A stretch of 20,000 bases of DNA, taken from the IMG/VR virus record IMGVR_UViG_3300009183_000073; one strand, written 5' to 3'. The position numbers and the translations under genes are program-made. Under the pieces are notes generated by a model. That model searched no databases. It was not told the DNA's origin and saw only the letters and a program-made list of their open reading frames with translations. The first letter of the stretch is position 1, and the number at the start of each line of letters is the position of its first letter. This document shows, piece after piece, positions 1 to 8,896 of this stretch. Source of the stretch: an uncultured virus (IMG/VR IMGVR_UViG_3300009183_000073) (lineage: Duplodnaviria > Heunggongvirae > Uroviricota > Caudoviricetes).

Positions 1-19
1 TTCTTCTTTAAAAAATAAT

Positions 20-472
20 ATGCCACCAATTTTCAAAAAAGATGAAAGATATAAGCAAGGGATTTTCAAACCTATAAATCCTCAAAAATTTATAGGAAAA
101 GTTGCTATTTTTAGATCTTCCTTTGAAAGGAAATTTTTTTTATGGGCTGATAAAAATCCTAATGTTATTGAATGGGGATCGGAGAATATTATTGTTCCCT
201 ATAAAAGTCCTATAGACGAAAAGTATCATAGATATTACGTGGATACTTATGTTGTAATAAAAGAAGGTAATAATATTAAGAGGTATTTGATAGAGATTAA
301 ACCTTTTGCTCAAACACAACCACCTAAACCTTCGAATAGAAAAAAGCAATCTACTATGCTTTACGAAAATGTACAGTGGGTTATTAATCAAGCAAAATGG
401 GATGCCGCAAAAAAGTTCGCAGCATCCCGTAATGCAGAGTTTTTAATATTGACCGAAAAGGAATTATTTTAA
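20..472 (+). CDS. gp4: Head completion nuclease (T4 gp4-like, TnsA-type endonuclease fold)
   Basis: Motifs YKQGIFKPINPQKF, FRSSFERKF..WAD.NPNV.EWGSE, HRYYVD, LIEIKP and NQAKWDAA..F.ILTEKEL match the T4-like gp4 family. Confidence 0.9.
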   Translation: MPPIFKKDERYKQGIFKPINPQKFIGKVAIFRSSFERKFFLWADKNPNVIEWGSENIIVPYKSPIDEKYHRYYVDTYVVIKEGNNIKRYLIEIKPFAQTQPPKPSNRKKQSTMLYENVQWVINQAKWDAAKKFAASRNAEFLILTEKELF

Positions 473-1482
473 AATGATATTACTTTAATAAATTGATATG
501 ATTCTTTATTAACTTTAGGAGCTGGTTTTTTCTTAGGAGCTGGTTTCTTTTTAGATTCTGGTTTAACTTCTGGTTTCTTTTTAGGAGCTGATTTCTTTTT
601 AATAATAGGAGATTTAGTTTTAGTAATTTTCTTAGGTTGTTGTTGTGTTCTTAGTCTTTCTTGATGTGCATCCCTGTCGGGGTCGGCCAATGTTTCCCCA
701 GCAAGATTTTCTGGTGTTTCTCTTTCTGGTACATGTGTATCAGAATCCATTTCATCTGGATTGAATCGTTCTTCTCCAGTGAATAACAAATGACTTATTT
801 TCTTAATACGATCCCAATTCGGGCCTTGTAGTTCTCTAGTGTTTGTTACAAACACATGTTCGAAATCATCTCTTTGAGATTTACCACCAAATGTAACTTG
901 TTGTAATACTTTTCTTTCTCCTCCTTGGAAAGTTCTGTTTACAAATTTTGTAATAAAGGAACGTACTGCATTTAATTCTGAATCATCATTTGGATTACCA
1001 CCATAATTTTCTTGGTAGATAGAACCTAGTTTATTAAACAAAACAATCATAAGTTTCCTCTCCTTTTCGGTTTCCACTAAATTTCTAGCCGCTTTGATAG
1101 CAGAAATTAAATCTGGTAGCCTGAAATTTGGAACTACGAATGGACCAATGTCTGGATGTTCTGGAAATGGATTATATGCACTCTTTTGATTTATATTATC
1201 AGTTCTTAGATATTCCATTAAAGCAGATCTTGCTTCATCTCTTCCACCAAAATCATCAGCTACTAAATCTAGTATATTAATTAGATTTCCTTTACTGACA
1301 TCAGATTCGATATTTCTATTAAATCTTGTATCTTTATGTCTTTGTTCTTCTTCTGGAGAAGTTACAGATACTCCTCTTTTATGAGCACCAGCAGCAGCTT
1401 TTAATCCATATTGACTCCGAGGCATATCTGCTTCTGCTAATATATTTAAATATTTTTCAAAAATTAAATTTTCGTCATTCAT
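469..1482 (-). CDS. Hypothetical protein with Lys/Pro-rich C-terminal tail; possible internal head protein
   Basis: 337-aa ORF. N-terminus MNDENLIFEKYLNILAEA ends in an L-x-E motif. C-terminus has KKKSAP/KKKPAP repeats. TAAATA lies 7 nt upstream on the minus strand (1490-1495). Confidence 0.7.
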   Translation of the reverse strand: MNDENLIFEKYLNILAEADMPRSQYGLKAAAGAHKRGVSVTSPEEEQRHKDTRFNRNIESDVSKGNLINILDLVADDFGGRDEARSALMEYLRTDNINQKSAYNPFPEHPDIGPFVVPNFRLPDLISAIKAARNLVETEKERKLMIVLFNKLGSIYQENYGGNPNDDSELNAVRSFITKFVNRTFQGGERKVLQQVTFGGKSQRDDFEHVFVTNTRELQGPNWDRIKKISHLLFTGEERFNPDEMDSDTHVPERETPENLAGETLADPDRDAHQERLRTQQQPKKITKTKSPIIKKKSAPKKKPEVKPESKKKPAPKKKPAPKVNKESYQFIKVISF

Positions 1483-1489
1483 TAACGAA

Positions 1490-1552
1490 TATTTATCTTT
1501 TATTAATATTTTAAGATAAATATCTTAAAATATAAATAACTTAACCTAAATA
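1490..1552. promoter_or_regulatory. Divergent late-promoter cluster with inverted repeat
   Basis: TAAATA occurs on minus at 1490-1495 and on plus at 1517-1522, 1533-1538 (full T4 late consensus TATAAATA at 1531-1538) and 1547-1552. Perfect inverted repeat ttttaagata-aa-tatcttaaaa at 1509-1530. Confidence 0.7.
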
Positions 1553-1557
1553 ATTTT

Positions 1558-2223
1558 ATGTCATTAAGATTGATCGTTGAAAAACCAGCTCCAGAAGAAG
1601 AATTCGAATATATTGTCGAAGAGAAGGATCGCAACAGTCCTTCGTCTCTTTTTATTAAGGGGCCTTATATGATGGCTGAAAATTATAATAGAAACAATCG
1701 TCTATATCGTTTGGAAGAAATGGTTAACGAGGTAAGTCGTTATAAAACAGAAATGATCAAAACTAATCGTGCTTTAGGGACATTAAATCACGAAAGCAGT
1801 GCAGAAGTTAATTTGGATAGAGTATGTCATATAGTAACTGATCTTTATCAAGAAGGTAATGTTTTTCATGGTAAGAGTAAAGTGCTAACTACTCCTAGTG
1901 GACATATTGTAAGAGCACTTATTAACGATGGCGTAAAAGTTGGTATGAGTTCCAGAGCTTTAGGGCAACTTGTAGAAGCTTCTGGTGGTAAAAATATTGT
2001 TAAAGATTTTCGTTTAATATCAATTGATTGCGTTGCTGATCCTAGTTTTCCTAAAGCTTTCGTAAATGGTATCCTAGAATCTAAACAATGGGTATTAGGA
2101 GAGTCTGGTCAATTCGAAGAAGTATATGCTGATTTTGAAAATAGCATATCAAAACTACCAAAGGTTCAAGTAGAACAATATTTGAAAGAATGTATATTAA
2201 ACTTCTTAAATAAAATTAAGTAA
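1558..2223 (+). CDS. gp21: Prohead core protein protease (T4 gp21, peptidase S77/U9)
   Basis: LFIKGPYM.AE..NRNNRLY, RALGTLNH, catalytic GMSSRALG and DCVADPSFPKAFVNGILE motifs. Lies upstream of scaffold and capsid genes. Confidence 0.95.
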   Translation: MSLRLIVEKPAPEEEFEYIVEEKDRNSPSSLFIKGPYMMAENYNRNNRLYRLEEMVNEVSRYKTEMIKTNRALGTLNHESSAEVNLDRVCHIVTDLYQEGNVFHGKSKVLTTPSGHIVRALINDGVKVGMSSRALGQLVEASGGKNIVKDFRLISIDCVADPSFPKAFVNGILESKQWVLGESGQFEEVYADFENSISKLPKVQVEQYLKECILNFLNKIK

Positions 2224-2239
2224 CACACTAAATAAAACT

Positions 2240-2527
2240 ATGGATCTTATAAAAGAAAACGCAATAAAGTTTATTGATGCCATGCTAGTAGATAACTATA
2301 GCAAAGCACACAAATTTTTAGAAGTCATTGTTAATGAAAAGGTAAAAGAAAAAATCGCAAAAGCGATAAAGGATGAACACCCCTTCAAAAAGAAAAAGAA
2401 AAGTGATAAGAAAAAGAAGGATGATAAAAAGAAGGATTCTAAAAAGGATTCTAAAAAGGATTCTAAAAAAGGAAAATTTCCTTTCTTCTTAAAAAAAGGA
2501 AAGAAATTGGAAGAGAAAAGTAAATAA
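2240..2527 (+). CDS. Prohead core protein, gp67-like, with Lys-rich tail
   Basis: N-terminal helix FIDAMLVDNYSKAHKFLEVIVNEK resembles the T4 gp67 pattern. Sits within the head operon. TAAATA-N5-ATG start (2229-2234). Confidence 0.6.
   Translation: MDLIKENAIKFIDAMLVDNYSKAHKFLEVIVNEKVKEKIAKAIKDEHPFKKKKKSDKKKKDDKKKDSKKDSKKDSKKGKFPFFLKKGKKLEEKSK
2432..2467 (+). repeat. Coding tandem repeat, 3 x 12 bp (aaggattctaaa, encoding KDSK)
   Basis: Three exact copies read directly from the sequence. Confidence 0.9.
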
Positions 2528-2554
2528 TTTAACACAGAAAGACTAACTATTATT

Positions 2555-3442
2555 ATGGCAACAGAAATTTCTAAGCTTTTAAAGGAAGCTACTCAAGGTA
2601 TATTAACTGATGAAACTTTAACACAAATTCAAGAAGCATTTGATAGTGCTGTTGACGAAAGAGTTAAAATTCATGTCGAGAAAGCTTTAATCGAACAAGA
2701 TTCTGAATATACCCAAAAGGCAGAACAGTTATTAGAAGCTATTGATAAGGATCATTGTAAAAAGTTAGAACGTGTTGTTGAAGCTTTAGATGCCAACAAT
2801 GCAAATAAATTACAAATGGTTGTTGGTAGATATAGAAAAGTTATCAAGGAACAAGCTAATCAATTCAAGGATGAATTAATTGATAAAGTATCTGATTATA
2901 TTTCTATCTTCATCGAATCCAAGATCCCACAAAAATCAATTAACGAAGCTGTTAAGAATCACAAGGCTAGAATCATACTAAACAATTTGAGAGAAAATCT
3001 TGCAATTGATTCCGCTTTGATGAGCGAATCATTAAAGGGTGCTCTTATAGATGGTAAGAATCAAATTGATGAAGCTCGTAAGCAAGCAAGTAAAGCTAGC
3101 ACAGAATTAGTCGAACTTCGCGAATCTTTAGACAAGTCCAAAGCTAAGTTAGTTTTAGAACAGAAGACTGCACATTTAAATGCAAAGAAGAAGGAATACG
3201 CACTTCGTGTATTTGAAGGCAAGTCCCCAAAATTCATAATCGAAAATATCGATTACACTCTTTCGCTTTTTGATAAGAAGGAAGAAGAACGTCTTAGCAC
3301 TTTAAAGGAAGAAGCTTTTGAATCTCGCAAAGTAAAAGCTGATAGAGTTGTCTTGGAAGAAGATACGCAAGATTCTTCACAAGATACTCAAGAAAATTTC
3401 GGTCACGTTCAAAATTATATGAACGAGTTAGGTAAATACTAA
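2555..3442 (+). CDS. gp22: Prohead core scaffold protein (T4 gp22-like)
   Basis: 295-aa coiled-coil-rich protein immediately before the major capsid gene, with C-terminal VQNYMNEL motif. TAACTA-N5-ATG start. Confidence 0.8.
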   Translation: MATEISKLLKEATQGILTDETLTQIQEAFDSAVDERVKIHVEKALIEQDSEYTQKAEQLLEAIDKDHCKKLERVVEALDANNANKLQMVVGRYRKVIKEQANQFKDELIDKVSDYISIFIESKIPQKSINEAVKNHKARIILNNLRENLAIDSALMSESLKGALIDGKNQIDEARKQASKASTELVELRESLDKSKAKLVLEQKTAHLNAKKKEYALRVFEGKSPKFIIENIDYTLSLFDKKEEERLSTLKEEAFESRKVKADRVVLEEDTQDSSQDTQENFGHVQNYMNELGKY

Positions 3443-3549
3443 TATGTTTACCTACAAAAATTTGGTAGAAGTATAAACATACTTGAGTTCCTGCACGTTA
3501 CAGTAACATGCTTGAGGTCGAAAAACAAAAAGAAAGAAACAAAACACAT
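3433..3549 (+). promoter_or_regulatory. gp23 late promoter and structured 5' leader containing a 10-codon uORF
   Basis: TAAATA at 3433-3438, then ATG at 3444 opening MFTYKNLVEV* (3444-3476). Stem tatgttta (3443-3450) pairs with taaacata (3474-3481). Second hairpin at about 3493-3511. A-rich tract at 3521-3549. Confidence 0.5.
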
Positions 3550-5076
3550 ATGAAACAAATCAAACCCGCACAATCGTATATCGATCAAGATCGCGCAAGA
3601 CTTCTTTTAGAAAAGTGGGCACCAGTGCTCGACTATACTTCTAAGAATGTTGCAGCTATCGAAGATGACAACACTCGTTTAAACACTGCAATGCTTTTGG
3701 AAAACCAAGAAGCCTATTGCTTACGTGAAGCTAATGTTGCTGGAGGAAACTCAGGAGCCTTTGGCTACGGTGGTTCTTCCATTGGTAATGGTGACTCCGC
3801 AAACGGTTTCCCAGCTAACAGAGACTCTTACGCACAAGGTGATGCTCGTCTTCCTAAGATCTTGATTCCCATGATCCGCCGTACCTTCCCTGAATTGATC
3901 ACCAACGAAATCGTTGGGGTTCAACCAATGAGTGGTCCTGTTGGTCTCGCATTTGCACTTCGTTACAAGTATAGCAATCAAACTCTTGGTGGTAATTACC
4001 AAGACACTAGTGTTGGATCATCATCCCCACTTAGTGGACAATGGTTGCCTGCCCCAGGTGGAGTTAATGCTCACACCAATCCTCAGGTAAACTATACTGG
4101 TCAGAAGACTCCAGAAGGTGACAATGAATTAGGATTCCAACATCTCGATTCTAGTTACACTGGTGTTCGCAATAACGCACTATCAGGAAATGCTGATTGG
4201 GCCTTCGCAAATCAAGATCGTGGCGTAGCCGAACTTCTCAAGAATTTCGAAATCAACGCTAACATCCCAACTGTCGAAGTCTCCTTCGAAAAGACCGCTG
4301 TTGAAGCTGGTACTCGTAGACTAGGTGCTAAATGGTCCGTTGAGCTAGAACAAGACTTAAAGAACATGAACGGTATCGACATCGATGCTGAGATCACAAA
4401 TGCTATGGCATATGAGATCCAAGCTGAAATCGACCGTGAAATGATTATCCGCATGATCCAAACCTCCTTAAATGGTGGTTTCGGAAAGGGATATTCTGTA
4501 TGGTCTCCAATGTCTGCTGACGGTCGTTGGTTGGTTGAACGTAATCGTGACTTCTACCAGAGAGTTATTATCGAAGCAAACCGCATTGCTATCCGCAATC
4601 GTCGTGGACCCGCAAACTTCATCGTAGCAACACCTCGCGTGTGCGCTATTTTTGAAATGCTCCCCGAATTCCAGTGGGTAACCGTACAGGGCAATGTAAC
4701 TACCCAGCAAACTGGCGTAGCTAAGGTTGGTTCACTCGGTGGCAGATTCCAGATCTATCGTGATACCCGCACCGAAGTACAGAACAGTAATGTTTATGGT
4801 GACTTAGGTTATACAGGCCAGACCCCAGGTGTAGAGTACGCTCTACTTGGTTATAAAGGCTCAGAGTTTTATGACTCTGGTATTATCTATTGCCCATATA
4901 TTCCTGTCATGATTCAGAGAACTATCGGGCCGAATGACTTCGCTCCCCGCGTTGGTCTCTTGACAAGATATGGAGTGGTAGATAATATTTTTGGAGCTGC
5001 ATTGTATTACCATACAATCATTCTCAAGAATCTTGGTCAGGCATTTACTCCTGGGAACCAGGCCGTATATTTTTAA
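3550..5076 (+). CDS. gp23: Major capsid protein (T4 gp23); probable start ATG 3550 rather than 3508
   Basis: LLEKWAPVL, LLENQE, LREA (maturation site), IVGVQPMSGP.GL.FALR, SVELEQDLK..NGIDIDAEI..A..EIQAEIDRE, YCPYIP and G..TRYG motifs. Confidence 0.98.
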   Translation: MKQIKPAQSYIDQDRARLLLEKWAPVLDYTSKNVAAIEDDNTRLNTAMLLENQEAYCLREANVAGGNSGAFGYGGSSIGNGDSANGFPANRDSYAQGDARLPKILIPMIRRTFPELITNEIVGVQPMSGPVGLAFALRYKYSNQTLGGNYQDTSVGSSSPLSGQWLPAPGGVNAHTNPQVNYTGQKTPEGDNELGFQHLDSSYTGVRNNALSGNADWAFANQDRGVAELLKNFEINANIPTVEVSFEKTAVEAGTRRLGAKWSVELEQDLKNMNGIDIDAEITNAMAYEIQAEIDREMIIRMIQTSLNGGFGKGYSVWSPMSADGRWLVERNRDFYQRVIIEANRIAIRNRRGPANFIVATPRVCAIFEMLPEFQWVTVQGNVTTQQTGVAKVGSLGGRFQIYRDTRTEVQNSNVYGDLGYTGQTPGVEYALLGYKGSEFYDSGIIYCPYIPVMIQRTIGPNDFAPRVGLLTRYGVVDNIFGAALYYHTIILKNLGQAFTPGNQAVYF

Positions 5077-5105
5077 ATTTAAGTATTTAAAAATAAAGCA
5101 CTTAT

Positions 5106-5138
5106 AAAGAACCACAGAGAAATCTGTGGTTCTTTTTT
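5106..5138 (+). terminator. Rho-independent terminator after gp23
   Basis: 13-bp stem aaagaaccacaga / tctgtggttcttt with a GAAA loop, followed by a T-run. Confidence 0.9.
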
Positions 5139-5159
5139 GTTTCATACTAAATACTATGT

Positions 5160-5537
5160 ATGAAATCATTTAATAAATTAACAGACAATCTTCTATTAGA
5201 AGCAAAAGAAGATGTAAACGAACTTCACAAGTTTATAGAAAAAAGAAAAACTGGTGCTGATAAAATTCGTAAAAGTTCCGAAGCAAAAGGTGGTCCCGCT
5301 ATATTAACAGCAATACATTTTGCAGCTAAAGAAGTCCCATACAAACAAGCCTTACAATTATCTACAAAAGATTCTTGCAATAAGACTTTAAAGAAAAAAG
5401 GAGATGAACTAGCTTCTAAATTAAAATCTTGGCATACTATGTCCCAAAAAGAATTTCAACATGTGATGGGACAATTAGAAGCTTATGGAGAAGTATATAT
5501 AAAATCAGTTAAACCTGATTCTATTAAATTGGATTAA
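5160..5537 (+). CDS. Hypothetical late protein, possible internal head protein
   Basis: 125 aa. N-terminus MKSFNKLTDNLLLEA resembles a T4 capsid-targeting sequence. TAAATA-N6-ATG start. Confidence 0.65.
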   Translation: MKSFNKLTDNLLLEAKEDVNELHKFIEKRKTGADKIRKSSEAKGGPAILTAIHFAAKEVPYKQALQLSTKDSCNKTLKKKGDELASKLKSWHTMSQKEFQHVMGQLEAYGEVYIKSVKPDSIKLD

Positions 5538-6259
5538 TTACGAATCGTATTTAATTTTTCTACTTTATATCCTTTAGATGATTTAATAATATTATTAGAA
5601 CATCTATTTAGATTGGAAGCTTCTAATTTATTTTGTTTTGCGTATTCAGTTAAATTATCCACTATTATTTTATTTCCATGTGGATCAACTATTAAAAAAT
5701 GTCCATTATATTTTGTTTTCTTGTTTTCTATTTTTAAGTCATATTTATTTTTTACCCAGATATATTTTTTTGGTTTATTTATAATAGAACTTATATTATT
5801 TGGTTTACAATTTAATGTTTTAGCTATATCTTTTACTTTAACATTTTTATTATATAAATTAAACATTAAAATTACTTCATCATCCGTAAATTTGCGTTGA
5901 GATTCGAAATGATTTATTAAATAAGATTCATCAAATTTTAACCCTAATGTAGAAGCTGCTGTTTTACATATATTGTATTTCGGAACTAATGTATCTAAAA
6001 AATATTGTTCCTTTTCAATACATTTATCTTTTGAACATATTTCTAAAATTGAAAATATAAAATCTATATTTTTGTATTTATTATAACTATGTTGAAGAAA
6101 TTTACATGGATTTTTATTTATATGTAGTAATCTTCTATGATTTAAAAATCTTTTATTAAAACTAATAGAAGCACTTCCTATATAAAATTCATTATTAACA
6201 GGATTTTCTATTTTATAAATTCCTGTTTGTTTTAAATTTTCTTCTAATGTTATTAACAT
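5534..6259 (-). mobile_element. Free-standing GIY-YIG homing endonuclease (Seg-like); probable start ATG 6259
   Basis: GIYKIEN..NNEFYIGSA, R...H, L..SYNKY, EKEQYFLD..P.YNI motifs. C-terminal HTH-like DNA-binding segments. Visibly more AT-rich than the flanking gp23. Confidence 0.9.
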
Positions 6260-6260
6260 A

Positions 6261-6539
6261 TTATTTCCAATCTTTGCAAGCCATTGCTTGTGGCGAACCT
6301 GCTTTAGCATGTGAACAATTATGTCTTTTTTTAAAGCTCTTCTTTCTTTTTGTATTACCAGATTTTCCAGTTACTCTAACACCAGCTTGACCCCAGTGTA
6401 TGCGTTTAATACTGCCATCTGATTGGCGAGCACACTTAGTCCACTTCTTTCCTTTCCTTGTTGAAGAAGCTTTCTTTGTTACTTTAGTACACTTCTCTTC
6501 CATCAACATTACATAATTAATTAACTCATCAAAGTTCAT
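6261..6539 (-). CDS. Small basic Cys/His protein of a family common in T4-like phages
   Basis: K..KKW, IHWGQ.G, KRKKSFKKRHNC and ACKDW pattern recalls a widespread T4-like hypothetical family. TAAATA-N5-ATG start. Confidence 0.7.
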   Translation of the reverse strand: MNFDELINYVMLMEEKCTKVTKKASSTRKGKKWTKCARQSDGSIKRIHWGQAGVRVTGKSGNTKRKKSFKKRHNCSHAKAGSPQAMACKDWK

Positions 6540-6591
6540 AATATTATTTATCCACTATAGAAAAAATATAATAATATAGATAAATAATAAC

Positions 6592-6978
6592 ATGGCTACT
6601 TTTTCAAATCATGTTTTTGATGCTTCCACTCAAACACCTCCACCACTTAACGTAAGTTTATCTGGTTCTAGCAATAGTGTTATATTACGTTCGTTAGGAA
6701 CCCTTAGTGGTAAGACCGTTGCTGGTTTATTATATAATGAAATTAGCACTGCCACAACTGCAACTACTAGTGTATCTGTTGCTGTAGGGACTGTATTTTC
6801 AGTACATCCAAAGTATGATGGTTCTACTTTTGCATTATATTTTACTGATAAATCAACTTGTTTATTCACTGTCAATACTGCATATGGAACGGATGTAGTT
6901 CAATATTTAGCTGCTAGTGTTATTGGTTATGAAAATAGAGGTCCTAGTGAAGTGAGAAGATTTGCTATAGAAGGTTAA
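6592..6978 (+). CDS. Hypothetical late protein (beta-rich, possible virion protein)
   Basis: 128-aa Ser/Thr-rich ORF with TAAATA-N5-ATG start (6581-6586), followed by a terminator. Confidence 0.7.
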   Translation: MATFSNHVFDASTQTPPPLNVSLSGSSNSVILRSLGTLSGKTVAGLLYNEISTATTATTSVSVAVGTVFSVHPKYDGSTFALYFTDKSTCLFTVNTAYGTDVVQYLAASVIGYENRGPSEVRRFAIEG

Positions 6979-6992
6979 GTTATTTTTTGTTT

Positions 6993-7023
6993 AAAAAACC
7001 CCGTCTAAATGACGGGGTTTTTT
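6993..7023. terminator. Rho-independent terminator (bidirectional form)
   Basis: aaaaaa-ccccgtc-taaat-gacgggg-tttttt. Confidence 0.9.
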
Positions 7024-7046
7024 GTTATATACTATTAAATATTTTT

Positions 7047-7628
7047 ATGGGGCTAATATTTGAAAGATCTAAAACTGGTTTTTTAAATCCAGTTAATAGT
7101 ACAGTAGATAAATTAATTTCTGCATCAAATGGATTGATGTGTTTAAAGAGTACAATATTCGGTGGCATACCGAATCTTTCTGGTATAATGATGGGATTAG
7201 CTGGAATGATTGCTGGTATGATATCAGCAATTGTAGCATCAGTTACAGATGTTATAACTAAAAGAGTAGGTCAGATTGTGAATTCTATTTTATCTCCAAT
7301 AAGACAGATAGAACAAATTATTACAGATATTACAAAAGTATTAATATCTACTCAAAATATTTTAGATAAAGCATTAAACATGAATTCTTATTTTCAAGAC
7401 AAACAGAATTGTGCTAATTCAGCAGCGCAATTAATGAATTGTTTAGCGCAATCCGCTATAAATAAAATATCTTCGAAAGTTGCTATGGATGTAGATAAAT
7501 TTGTAGGACCAATAGCAAATTCAGTTTCTAAAGAAGCATTCAAAGTTAATGGAAGTATTTCTAATTACGTTAATAGACAAACTGGATTTATTGCAAAAGC
7601 ACAATTACAGACTAAATTATTAACATAA
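7047..7628 (+). CDS. Hypothetical helical protein upstream of baseplate hub gene; start ATG 7047
   Basis: The ORF-track start at 6987 runs through the terminator. The in-frame ATG 7047 is preceded by TAAATA-N5. Contains a hydrophobic segment IMMGLAGMIAGMISAIVASV. Confidence 0.7.
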   Translation: MGLIFERSKTGFLNPVNSTVDKLISASNGLMCLKSTIFGGIPNLSGIMMGLAGMIAGMISAIVASVTDVITKRVGQIVNSILSPIRQIEQIITDITKVLISTQNILDKALNMNSYFQDKQNCANSAAQLMNCLAQSAINKISSKVAMDVDKFVGPIANSVSKEAFKVNGSISNYVNRQTGFIAKAQLQTKLLT

Positions 7629-7629
7629 T

Positions 7630-8877
7630 ATGGGAAATCCTTTAGACGAAAAGCATTACGGATTCTTTAAAGGAATTGTTGTTCAGAACAATGATCCAGA
7701 AAGAAGGGGAAGAGTTAAATTAGCAATACCAGAATTTATTGTAGAACATGTGAGAGATGCTGGATTAGATCCAGATGTATACGCATGTAGATTTATTGGA
7801 GGAGAGAACATTACAAGTATATTCAATGCAGAAACTTTAAAGAAATTCTGTGATAATTTAAGATGGGCTGAACAAGCAGCACCACTTATAGGAGGTGGTA
7901 CTTCTGGAGTATTTGATGCAAAAAATAAAATAGCTACTGTAGGAGAAGGTCATAGAGGAATTTTGAGAGAACCAGTAGCAGAAGAAAGTGTAACACCTTC
8001 TGGTGAATCTGTATCACCGAAAGCTGCCATGTCAGTTCACGGAACTGCTGGAGGATTCGATCAGGGTGTGCGAACGGGAATGTGTGATGTATATAATCAA
8101 TCATATGCACCAACGGCAATTAACAATGCTACTAAAGGAGTGTTTTCAGTTCCTCGTGTAGGTTCTCAAGTATGGGTATTTTTTGATGGAGGTAGTTTAT
8201 TACACCCAGTATACATGGCATATGTATATGATCAAAACGATTGGAATAGTGTAATGAATCCACAAGGAGCCAATCCCAGTCTTCATTATCCCGCTGGTAG
8301 CGAGAACATGCAAGATGAGGAACCATTCTTTTTTACTGGACAAACAGTTATCAATACTAAAGCGGGTTCATTAGAATTTATAGAAACAGATGACTTTGAA
8401 AAAATAAAACTATCACATTATAGTGGTTCGTTTTATGAAATAGGAAATGGAACAACAGTAGAAGTAAATGTTTCTAATAAAGCAACTGTAACAAATATAA
8501 ACGAACACCATACAATAAAGGGAGATAGTTCATTTGTTTGTCATGGAGATAGACATGAAGTTTATAGAGGACACTTTCATATAACTTATGGAGATCCAGA
8601 TAACAAAACTTTATATGATGATTGGGTAGAAACTGCGTCTCCAGCATTTGCACATGCAGCACAATTCGAACAAAAAGAAAGAGTCATAAAAGATCCAACT
8701 AAAGATGGTGCTGCCAAAAGTAATGCAAATACAACTAACAAACATCCAAACAGATTAACTTTTAATACTGGGAATTGGGCTGGAACTTTGAAAGGCATGA
8801 ATCCATCTTCACATGAAAAGAGAATACAACACGAATATATGGGATCACAAGGCGGATTTAAGGTTGAACCTGTTTAA
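7630..8877 (+). CDS. gp5: Baseplate hub/central spike, N-terminal part (gp5/VgrG OB-fold)
   Basis: YGFFKGIVVQNNDPERRGRVKL.IP and FSVPRVGSQVWVFFDGG...PVY are gp5/Vgr OB-fold hallmarks. Short beta-helix-like repeats (TIKGD, CHGD, YRGH) follow. Confidence 0.8.
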   Translation: MGNPLDEKHYGFFKGIVVQNNDPERRGRVKLAIPEFIVEHVRDAGLDPDVYACRFIGGENITSIFNAETLKKFCDNLRWAEQAAPLIGGGTSGVFDAKNKIATVGEGHRGILREPVAEESVTPSGESVSPKAAMSVHGTAGGFDQGVRTGMCDVYNQSYAPTAINNATKGVFSVPRVGSQVWVFFDGGSLLHPVYMAYVYDQNDWNSVMNPQGANPSLHYPAGSENMQDEEPFFFTGQTVINTKAGSLEFIETDDFEKIKLSHYSGSFYEIGNGTTVEVNVSNKATVTNINEHHTIKGDSSFVCHGDRHEVYRGHFHITYGDPDNKTLYDDWVETASPAFAHAAQFEQKERVIKDPTKDGAAKSNANTTNKHPNRLTFNTGNWAGTLKGMNPSSHEKRIQHEYMGSQGGFKVEPV

Positions 8878-8896
8878 GTGATGTGTAAATACTGTC

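Noticed and set aside
140..391. Antisense/shadow ORFs in the track (140-391, 1326-1514, 2296-2535, 3751-4002, 4212-4454, 4468-4710, 4861-5169, 5613-5900, 6630-6875, 7934-8798 set, 10669-10902, 12104-12298, 12335-12523, 16995-17210, 18253-18447, 18738-18935, 19538-19735)
   Set aside because: They lie opposite well-supported genes, lack the start-site motif and show no recognisable protein features.
3508..3549. Upstream ATG for gp23 given by the ORF track
   Set aside because: It lies inside a leader hairpin, and the extension is just the translated A-rich tract. ATG 3550 gives a more typical gp23 N-terminus.
3550..5076. Higher GC of gp23 as a sign of horizontal transfer
   Set aside because: Better explained by high-expression codon bias (TTC, ATC, AAC) and Gly/Ala content in a core gene.
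6987..7046. N-terminal extension of the 213-aa ORF
   Set aside because: It uses a non-ATG start and spans a terminator and promoter. ATG 7047 fits the TAAATA-N5 rule.
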